NCBI RefSeq assembly: GCF_009914755.1
Contig: NC_060947.1
Origin: the human T2T-CHM13v2.0 reference genome, Homo sapiens
DNA length: 64,000 nt
Strand: one strand, 5' to 3'
Position numbers and translations under genes: made by a program. Below the pieces are notes generated by a model. It saw only the letters and a program-made list of their open reading frames with translations. It ran no database searches and was not told the origin of the DNA. Below, in pieces: positions 1 through 9,289 of the stretch (positions are counted from its first letter, which is position 1; every line of letters begins with the position of its first letter).

Positions 1-44
1 ACCTAACCCTAACCCTAACCCTAACCCTAACCCTAACCCTAACC

Positions 45-85
<41 letters not shown>

Positions 86-1827
86 CCCTAACCCTAACCC
101 CTAACCCTAACCCTAACCCTAACCCTAACCCTAACCCTAACCCTAACCCTAACCCTAACCCTAACCCTAACCCTAACCCTAACCCTAACCCTAACCCTAA
201 CCCTAACCCTAACCCTAACCCTAACCTAACCCTAACCCTAACCCTAACCCTAACCCTAACCCTAACCCTAACCCTAACCCTAACCCTAACCCTAACCCTA
301 ACCCTAACCCTAACCCTAACCCTAACCCTAACCCTAACCCTAACCCTAACCCTAACCCTAACCCTAACCCTAACCCTAACCCTAACCCCTAACCCTAACC
401 CTAACCCTAACCCTAACCCTAACCCTAACCCTAACCCTAACCCTAACCCTAACCCTAACCCTAACCCTAACCCTAACCCTAACCCTAACCCTAACCCTAA
501 CCCTAACCCTAACCCTAACCCTAACCCTAACCCTAACCCTAACCCTAACCCTAACCCTAACCCTAACCCTAACCCTAACCCTAACCCTAACCCTAACCCT
601 AACCCTAACCCTAACCCTAACCCTAACCCTAACCCTAACCCTAACCCTAACCCTAACCCTAACCCTAACCCTAACCCTAACCCTAACCCTAACCCTAACC
701 CTAACCCTAACCCTAACCCTAACCCTAACCCTAACCCTAACCCTAACCCTAACCCTAACCCTAACCCTAACCCTAACCCTAACCCTAACCCTAACCCTAA
801 CCCTAACCCTAACCCTAACCCTAACCCTAACCCTAACCCTAACCCTAACCCTAACCCTAACCCTAACCCTAACCCTAACCCTAACCCTAACCCTAACCCT
901 AACCCTAACCCTAACCCTAACCCTAACCCTAACCCTAACCCTAACCCTAACCCTAACCCTAACCCTAACCCTAACCCTAACCCTAACCCTAACCCTAACC
1001 CTAACCCTAACCCTAACCCTAACCCTAACCCTAACCCTAACCCTAACCCTAACCCTAACCCTAACCCTAACCCTAACCCTAACCCTAACCCTAACCCTAA
1101 CCCTAACCCTAACCCTAACCCTAACCCTAACCCTAACCCTAACCCTAACCCTAACCCTAACCCTAACCCTAACCCTAACCCTAACCCTAACCCTAACCCT
1201 AACCCTAACCCTAACCCTAACCCTAACCCTAACCCTAACCCTAACCCTAACCCTAACCCTAACCCTAACCCTAACCCTAACCCTAACCCTAACCCTAACC
1301 CTAACCCTAACCCTAACCCTAACCCTAACCCTAACCCTAACCCTAACCCTAACCCTAACCCTAACCCTAACCCTAACCCTAACCCTAACCCTAACCCTAA
1401 CCCTAACCCTAACCCTAACCCTAACCCTAACCCTAACCCTAACCCTAACCCTAACCCTAACCCTAACCCTAACCCTAACCCTAACCCTAACCCTAACCCT
1501 AACCCTAACCCTAACCCTAACCCTAACCCTAACCCTAACCCTAACCCTAACCCTAACCCTAACCCTAACCCTAACCCTGACCCTGACCCTGACCCTGACC
1601 CTGACCCTGACCCTGACCCTGACCCTGACCCTGACCCTGACCCTGACCCTGACCCTGACCCTGACCCTGACCCTGACCCTGACCCTGACCCTGACCCGAC
1701 CCTGACCCTGACCCTACCCTGACCCTGACCCTACCCTGACCCTACCCCTGACCCTAACCCTACCCCTGACCCTGACCCTAACCCTGACCCTAACCCTAAC
1801 CCTAACCCTAACCCTAACCCTAACCCT
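1..1827 (-). repeat. Terminal telomeric array (TTAGGG)n, read as (CCCTAA)n, with proximal variant repeats
   Basis: Near-perfect CCCTAA tandem array from 1 to ~1574, then variant units; ends at ...TAACCCT before CTGAAAGTGGACC. Confidence 0.99.
1575..1790 (-). repeat. Telomere variant repeat block (TCAGGG, c-type) plus degenerate CCCTA/CCCGA units
   Basis: 20 consecutive CCCTGA units at 1575-1694, then mixed CCCGA, CCCTA, CCCTGA and CCCTAA units. Confidence 0.95.
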
Positions 1828-2217
1828 CTGAAAGTGGACCTATCAGCAGGATGTGGGTGGGAGCAGATTAGAGAATAAAAGCAGACTGCCTGAGCCAGCA
1901 GTGGCAACCCAATGGGGTCCCTTTCCATACTGTGGAAGCTTCGTTCTTTCACTCTTTGCAATAAATCTTGCTATTGCTCACTCTTTGGGTCCACACTGCC
2001 TTTATGAGCTGTGACACTCACCGCAAAGGTCTGCAGCTTCACTCCTGAGCCAGTGAGACCACAACCCCACCAGAAAGAAGAAACTCAGAACACATCTGAA
2101 CATCAGAAGAAACAAACTCCGGACGCGCCACCTTTAAGAACTGTAACACTCACCGCGAGGTTCCGCGTCTTCATTCTTGAAGTCAGTGAGACCAAGAACC
2201 CACCAATTCCAGACACA
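1828..2217 (+). mobile_element. 5'-truncated LTR12 (ERV9 LTR): end of U3, R and U5
   Basis: Matches the recalled LTR12 consensus: GGACC(A>T)ATCAGCAGGATGTGGGTGGG, AATAAAAGCAG, GCAATAAATCTTGCT, U5 repeats CTGT(G/A)ACACTCACCGC, terminus GAGACCAAGAACCCACCAATTCCAGACACA. Confidence 0.92.
1836..1885 (+). promoter_or_regulatory. Residual LTR12 core promoter (mutated CCAAT box, GT box, mutated GATA, AATAAAA TATA-like box)
   Basis: CCTAT at 1839-1843, GTGGGTGGG at ~1853-1861, CAGATTA at ~1864-1870, AATAAAA at 1874-1880; LTR poly(A) signal AATAAA at 1960-1965. Activity not shown. Confidence 0.55.
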
Positions 2218-2254
2218 CTAGGACCCTGAGACAACCCCTAGAAGAGCACCTGGT

Positions 2255-2485
2255 TGATAACCCAGTTCCCATCTGGGATTTAGGGGACCTGGACAGCCCG
2301 GAAAATGAGCTCCTCATCTCTAACCCAGTTCCCCTGTGGGGATTTAGGGGACCAGGGACAGCCCGTTGCATGAGCCCCTGGACTCTAACCCAGTTCCCTT
2401 CTGGAATTTAGGGGCCCTGGGACAGCCCTGTACATGAGCTCCTGGTCTGTAACACAGTTCCCCTGTGGGGATTTAGGGACTTGGG
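2255..2485. repeat. Diverged ~64-bp minisatellite, about 3.5-4 copies
   Basis: AAC(C/A)CAGTTCCC recurs at 2259, 2322, 2387 and 2451 (spacing 63, 65, 64). Each is followed by ATTTAGGG, and the first three by GGACAGCCC and ATGAGC. Confidence 0.9.
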
Positions 2486-3588
2486 CCTTCTGTCTTTGGG
2501 ATCTACTCTCTATGGGCCACACAGATATGTCTTCCAACTTCCCTACACAGGGGGGACTTCAAAGAGTGCCTTGAGCTGATCTGGTGATTGCTTTTTTGTA
2601 CTGTTATTTATCTTATTCTTTTCATTGTGAGGTACTGATGCAAACACTTTGTACGAAAAGGTCTTTCTCATCTCGGGAGTCCCCGTCTATTTGTCCCGGT
2701 CCCTGTTAACCCAGTCCCCGACAGGAGCCCCTTCTGCACCTTGAGCTCTCACCACTCACCGTCCATCCAGCCCCAGCTCTGCCTGCAACCCACCCATCCC
2801 TGGGACTCGGGCCTCCCCTCTCTAGTGGTCTGGTCATCAGGCCAGGGGCACGTGGAAGAAGCTATCGTGGCAAAGGGAGCAGTCATATCCCCAAAATCTG
2901 TGGTTGGTTTACCACCACCATGGAAACCCCAGGGTGGGACTCTAGTTTCAGGTTGGAGCTGAGCCCTGTCGGGAATGAGCTTTCCCCAGCTATGGCTTCT
3001 TGGGGCCCCTGTGCCCTGAGCTGTGTCTCCCAGCATCGGGTCCCCACCATGCATATGGCCCACTCAGGCACAGTGCCGCGATGGCTGCATGCGTGAGGGG
3101 GGCCTGGGCCCAGGGCTGGGAGTCCTTTGTGTCTCATGGCCATGATTGTCCTTCCGAGTATGATATGGTGGCCAATTTCTTTTATTCTGTCGTTCAGAGT
3201 GAGTAAATGATGTAGAGTTCATGCAGAAAAAAATACAACAAAAACCAAGGGAACATAGAATTGGAAAACGCGTCACAGCAATGAGTTAAATAGGTAACAA
3301 ATTTCATCATTTGAAGAAAGACTTAGAGTGCCAAAAGTGCCTCTTAAGTCTCCTTTAAAAAGTAGCAAAATTCATCCCTGAAGAAGCATCTTGGCCTTTT
3401 TCATGTACTCAGAGTGCTGGTGAAGAACAAAGATTGCTGAAACATTATGTACCTAACAGCGTTACAGGGTGTAGATAACACACTGGAAAACCTGGTCGTT
3501 ACAGTGGACATATTCCAGGAAGTCCTTGCCTGAGGTTTTCCAAGTTATGGAATTGCTTGAGATTGGAAGAGGCGATGGAGGGTACAAC

Positions 3589-4064
3589 TGTAATGCCCAA
3601 CCTCATTTTTGCTAACCCTGTTTTTAGACTCTCCCTTTCCTTCAATCACCTAGCCTTCTTTCCACCTGAAAGGACTCTCCCTTAACTGAGAGAACCGGAC
3701 AGACTCCATCTTGGCTCTTTCACTGGCAGCCCCTTCCTCAAAGACTTAACTCGTGCAAGCTGACTCCCAGGACATCCGAGAATGCAATTAACTGACAACC
3801 TACTGTGGCGAGCTACATCCGCAGTCCCCAGGAATTCGTCCGATTGATAACGCCCAATTACCCGCGTCTATCACCTTGTAATAGTCTTAAAGCACCTGCA
3901 CCTGGAACTGTTTACTTTCCTGTAACCATTTATCCTTTTAACATTTTGCCTGATTTACTTATGTAAAATTCTTTTAACTAGACCGCCACTCCCCTTTCTA
4001 AACAAAAGTATAAAAGAAAATCTAGCCCCTTCTTTGGGACTGAGACAATTTTGAGGTTAACGCA
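3589..4064 (+). mobile_element. 3'-truncated ERV1 LTR, LTR6A-like (HERV-S71/HERV-T)
   Basis: Starts TGTAATGCCCAACC, contains CAGACTCCATCTTGGCTC and TATA box GTATAAAAG near 4008; cut off before the poly(A) signal at the duplication breakpoint. Confidence 0.7.
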
Positions 4065-4079
4065 GGGTGCCTGTAATCC

Positions 4080-4482
4080 TAAGGGAGGAGACCGCCACTT
4101 CTGCTGCCCTTCCCTTCCCCACACCCCCTTCTCTAGTTTATGAAACAGGGAAAAAGGGAGAAAGCAAAAAGATAAAAAAAACAGAAGTAAGATAAATAGC
4201 TAGACGACCTTGGCAGCACCACCCGGCACTGGTGGTTAAAATAATAATAATAATAATATTAACCCCTGACCTAAACTACTTGTGTTATCTGTAAATTCCA
4301 GACACTGTATGAGGAAGCCCTGCAAAACTTTCTGTTCTGTTATCTGATGCGTGTAGCCCCCAGTCACGTTCCGATGCTTGCTCGATCTATCACGACCCTT
4401 TCAAGTGAACCCCTTAGAGTCGTAAACCCTTAAAAGGGCCAGGAATTTCGTTTTCGGGGAGCTCGGCTCTTCAGGCCCAAGT
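4080..4482 (+). mobile_element. LTR2-family LTR (LTR2B/2C, HERV-E/Harlequin), 3' end deleted
   Basis: Starts TAAGGGAGGAGACC; contains (AAT)n, CCCCCAGTCACGT and CCCTTAAAAGGG...GGGGAGCTCGGCTCTT. Confidence 0.85.
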
Positions 4483-4586
4483 AAACCTGCCGTATCTCAC
4501 CTGAGACCAACCCCCAACTACAAAACTCAACCTGGAATTTTCCCAGGACCAAACCCATCTATATTCTGTAACCCGAAACCTCAAAG

Positions 4587-4609
4587 CCTAACCCTAACCC
4601 TAACCCCTA
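4587..4609 (-). repeat. Short interstitial telomeric repeat
   Basis: CCTAACCCTAACCCTAACCCCTA, same polarity as the terminal array. Confidence 0.85.
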
Positions 4610-4730
4610 CAGTTGAGGTCCCCCCGCCCCTGTGGTTCCAGCTCAAGACAACCTGCCCCTCCGTGGGTTTGCAGGCCCTCTGGTGGGGGTGGGAGCTGGG
4701 GGCCACATACAGCTCTCTGAGCTTAAGCCA

Positions 4731-5011
4731 TTTTCTTCCTTCATTCCTTCCTTCCTCCCTCCCTTCCCTTCCTTCCTCCCTCCCTCCCTCCTTCCCTCCC
4801 TCCCTTTTTTTTTTCAGGGTCTTGCTCTGTCACCCAGGCTGGAGTGCAGTGGCATGATCACAGCTGACTGCAGCCTCGGACTCCCAGGCTCAAGTTATCT
4901 TCCCTCCTCAGCCTCCAGAGTAGGTGGGACTACAGGAGTGTGCCATCGCACCCAGCGAATTTCTTAATTTTTATTTTGTAGAGATGAGGCCTCTCGATAT
5001 TGTCCAGGCTT
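4731..5011 (-). mobile_element. Partial old Alu (AluJ-like) with (TTCC/TCCC)n pyrimidine tract at its tail
   Basis: T-tract followed by CAGGGTCTTGCTCTGTCACCCAGGCTGGAGTGCAGTGG...CAGCCTC...GGCTCAAG. Confidence 0.88.
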
Positions 5012-5184
5012 GGAAGTAGTTCTTGAAATTCAAGAGGATCTTGAAGTTCTGACCTCCTGTCAATATCCCTTCCCCTCACCTTGACCCTCCCATTCTGCCC
5101 CACCTGTCAGGATCACAAGGACCCCCAGATCAGCAGATGGGAACCGGACCAAAAAGAGAAATAGTGCTGTCCCGCCCATAAGTA

Positions 5185-5960
5185 CCACCCCCAGACTCCC
5201 TGCTCCACCCTCTGGACCACAGGGAGGCCCCATGCTCCATCCCTGAAAACCACCCCCAGACCCCCTGCTCCTCCCCACGGGACCGCCCCCAGATCCACTG
5301 TTCCTGTCCTCCGGACCACACCGGACAGCTCCTTCCCTCGGCGCCATCCCCAGACCCCAGCTCCTCCCCTCAGGATCATCCCCAGACCCCCGCTCCTCCC
5401 ATCAGGACCGCCCCCAGAACCCCCTGCTCCTCCCCACAGGACCACCCCCAGACCCCCGCTCCTCCCCTAAGGACCACCCACAGACCCCCACGCTTCCCCT
5501 CGGGACCACCCCCAGACCCCCGCTCCTCCCATCAGGACCGCCCCCAGAACCCCCTGCTCCTCCCCACAGGAACACCCCCAGACCCCAGCTCCTCCCCTCA
5601 GGATCATCCCCAGACCCCCGCTCCTCCCATCAGGACCGCCCCCAGACCCCCGCTCCTCCCCTAAGGACCACCCACAGACCCCCACGCTTCCCCTCGGGAC
5701 CACCCCCAGACCCCCGCTCCTGCCCTCGGGACCACGCCCAGACCCCCTGCTCCTCCCCACGAAACCACGCCCAGTAACCCCCCTCTTCTCCCCTCAGGAC
5801 CACCCCCAGACCCCCGCTCCTCCCCTGGGAACCACCCCCAGACCCCCTGCTCCTCCCCACGAAACCACCCCCAGACTCCCTGCTCCTGTCCTCCGGACCA
5901 CGCGACTGCTCCTTCCCTCAGCGCCACCCCCAGACTGCCGCTCCTCCTGTCGGGACCCCC
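5185..5960. repeat. Diverged GC-rich ~31-32-bp minisatellite (DXYS14/29C1-related, distal copy)
   Basis: Tandem units like GGACCACCCCCAGACCCCCGCTCCTCCCCTCA with many variants. Confidence 0.9.
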
Positions 5961-6750
5961 TGAGGCTTTCTCCACCCGGAGTGCGGGGTAGGGAGCAGAC
6001 GGAGAGTGACGGAGGGTGACGGAGAGTGACGAAAGTAGACGATGTCTGACGGAGAAGAGCCGAGCGGAGCTGAAGGGCGGCGGAGAGTGACGGAAAGTGG
6101 CGAGAATTGACGGAAAGTGACGGGGACTGACGGACAGTGACGAAGAGTCACGAAATTTATCAGAGGGCGACAAAGAGGAAAGCGAAATGGTGAGATGCAG
6201 CCGGCCGAGCCTAATCGGAGATGACGGAAAGTGACGGAGAGGAACGAGGAGTAAAGAGGGGTGACGAAAAGAGCCGAAGCTGGTGGAGGCGAAGAACTGA
6301 GTGAGGGAAGATAGCCGAGATTAGCGGGTGGGCTGCAGCCGGGGCAGTCGCCCGAATGGGCGGGACCCCACGGAGTTAGCGAGAGGATGCGAACAGCGGC
6401 CAGCCGGGCAGCACGCGAGCGAGGGAGGGCGTGGAGGGCCGTGGGTCCGCCTGCACTGAGGCAGGCATGCGTGGCACCGAGGTGACCCGGGTGGGAGGTG
6501 CACCGCCGCCCCCTGGCAGTCTCTCCGCGGAGCCCAAGCCCGTCTTCTCCGCCCCTTTGCAGACCTCGGCGCCCAGCCTGGCCCCTGACGCCCACCCGCG
6601 GCCCCACCCAGCGCCCGGGCCCACGAGGCCGAGGAGCGGCGGAGACTAACGGCCCCTGGACCCCAGGCAGCACATGGCCCAGAGCATCCCAGCCCAGTGG
6701 AGGGCGGCACATGGCGGGAGGGCGGGAGTCCGTGTCCACTCATGGCCGGG
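5960..6750. promoter_or_regulatory. CpG island, distal copy
   Basis: Very high GC with dense CpG dinucleotides by inspection. Confidence 0.75.
5995..6270. repeat. Degenerate 10-bp repeat GGA(G/A)AGTGAC (TGACG array), distal copy
   Basis: GACG at 5998, 6008, 6018, 6028, 6038, 6048 and at 6089, 6109, 6119, 6129, 6139. Confidence 0.85.
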
Positions 6751-6996
6751 GAGGGGAGGGCAAGTTCTGGTGGCTGGGGAGGCCTAGAGCATCACAGCCC
6801 AGTGGAGGGCTGCACATGGCAGGGGAGGGGAGAGCAAGAGTGTGCGGGCGAGGGAGGAGAGGGCAAGACTGCGTGTCCGCTCCAGTCTCTCTTCCTCATC
6901 TTATAAAGCCACGAGTCCCATGACTGGGGACCCAACCTAATAACATTATCTAATCCTAATTGCCTCCCAAAGGCCATATCTCCAATCAGGACATGA

Positions 6997-7356
<360 letters not shown>

Positions 7357-7523
7357 TGCCTTGTGCTTTTAATCCCAGCACTTTCAGAGGCCAAGGCAGG
7401 CGATCACCTGAGGTCAGGAGTTCAAGACCAGCCTGGCCAACATGGTGAAACCCCATCTCTAATACAAATACAAAAAAAAAACAAAAAACGTTAGCCAGGA
7501 ATGAGGCCCGGTGCTTGTAATCC

Positions 7524-8024
7524 TAAGGAAGGAGACCACCACTCCTCCTGCTGCCCTTCCCTTCCCCACACCGCTTCCTTAGTTTATAAAACAGGGAAAA
7601 AGGGAGAAAGCAAAAAGCTTAAAAAAAAAAAAAAAAAAACAGAAGTAAGATAAATAGCTAGATGATCTTGGCAGCACCACCCGACCCTGGTGGTTAAAAT
7701 AATAATAATAATAATATTAACCCCTGACCTAAACTACTTGTGTTATCTGTAAATTCCAGACACTGTATGAGGAAGCCCTGCAAAACTTTCTGTTCTGTTA
7801 TCTGATGCGTGTAGCCCCCAGTCACGTTCCCCATGCTTCCTCGATCTATCACAACCCTTTCACGTAAACCCCTTAGAGTTGTAAACCCTTAAAAGGGCCA
7901 GGAATTTCGTTTTCGGGGAGCTTGGCTCTTCAGGCGCAAGTGTGCCGATGCTCCTGGCAGAGTAAAGCCCTTCCTTCTTTAACCCAGTGTCTGAGGAATT
8001 TTGTCTGCGGCTTGTCCTGCCACA
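7524..8024 (+). mobile_element. Complete solo LTR2-family LTR (LTR2B/2C)
   Basis: TAAGGAAGGAGACC...TTTTGTCTGCGGCTTGTCCTGCCACA; 4-bp TSD ATCC/ATGC within the Alu TGTAATCCCAGC motif. Confidence 0.88.
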
Positions 8025-8034
8025 ATGCCAGCTA

Positions 8035-8148
<114 letters not shown>

Positions 8149-8351
8149 TCAAAAAGAAAAGAAAAAAAATTGCCAACACATGAAATCTGGAGAACACATT
8201 CAAGCAATAGCACCATATAAATCTGTACATACCTTGCAAACACTGTAAACCTGCCGCATCTCACCTGAGACCAACCCCCAACCGCAAAACCCAGACCTGG
8301 AATTTTCCCAGGACCAAACCCATCTATATTCTGTAACCCGAAATCTCAAAG

Positions 8352-8372
8352 CCTAACCCTAACCCTAACCCC
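8352..8372 (-). repeat. Short interstitial telomeric repeat (duplicate of 4587-4609)
   Basis: CCTAACCCTAACCCTAACCCC. Confidence 0.85.
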
Positions 8373-8400
8373 GACAGTTCAGGTCCCCCCGTCCCCGTAG

Positions 8401-8760
<360 letters not shown>

Positions 8761-9289
8761 GAAGTAGTTCTTGAAATTCAAGAGGATCTGGAAGTTCTGG
8801 TCTCCTGTCAATATCCCTTTCTAAGATGAAATGTAGAATCCTCTAATCACCCCAGGATACCTTTTCCAGCTATATTACCCTTTCCTTTCAGCCGACTAGA
8901 GTGGAAGCTCAGCAAAGAACGGATCTATGCCTGCACACAGGCAGCTTTGAACTCACTGAGATCTATAGAAGAATTTTTTAAAATTTGCCAGAATGAAAAA
9001 GAAGTATCCTCCAGTGAGCCTCAAGGACAGCCAGGGAAGGCAGCTACTGGGACCTGCCACTGGCCAGGATTGAGAGAGTCTGAGGTGTCCATTCTCCTAT
9101 GGATGGGTCACACATCAGAACTGAACCACAAACCCTTTCCTGCTCCCTTGGGACCAGGCTGCCACTCCTTCCTTCCCCTCACCTTGACCCTCCCATTCGG
9201 CCCCACCTGTCAGGATCACAAGGACCCCCAGATCAGCAGATGGGAACCGGACCAAAAAGAGAAATAGCGCTGTCCCGCCCAAAAGTACC

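Larger units (their letters stand above)
4065..6666 (+). repeat. Distal copy of a local direct segmental duplication (partner ~7510-12125)
   Basis: Colinear, high-identity match from GGTGC(C/T)TGTAATCCTAAGG to GGCCCCTGGACC; three internal segments are missing relative to the partner. Confidence 0.95.

Noticed and set aside
55-395. Single-base indel variants in the distal telomere (CCCTAAA, CCCCTAA, CCTAA)
   Set aside because: Isolated homopolymer-length changes near the contig end, consistent with low-coverage consensus error.
1731-1961. 76-aa ORF ending in GLGLGLG
   Set aside because: Translation of telomeric repeats and antisense LTR12.
1828-3500. TAR1 or 61-29-37 TERRA promoter repeats
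   Set aside because: Not seen; the telomere-adjacent DNA is LTR12. The 61-bp satellite at 18.5 kb has a CpG-free consensus and appears unrelated to the TAR1-associated 61-bp repeat.
4470-5965. Distal duplicate as a processed (spliced) retrocopy with three introns removed
   Set aside because: I could not place GT..AG or CT..AC ends on the missing segments; junctions show microhomology instead, and no poly(A) tail or TSD flanks the copy.
5060-6923. Gly/Arg/Pro-rich ORFs up to 273 aa
   Set aside because: They arise from GC-rich minisatellite and CpG-island sequence, overlap in many frames, mostly use non-ATG starts and resemble no protein family I recognise.
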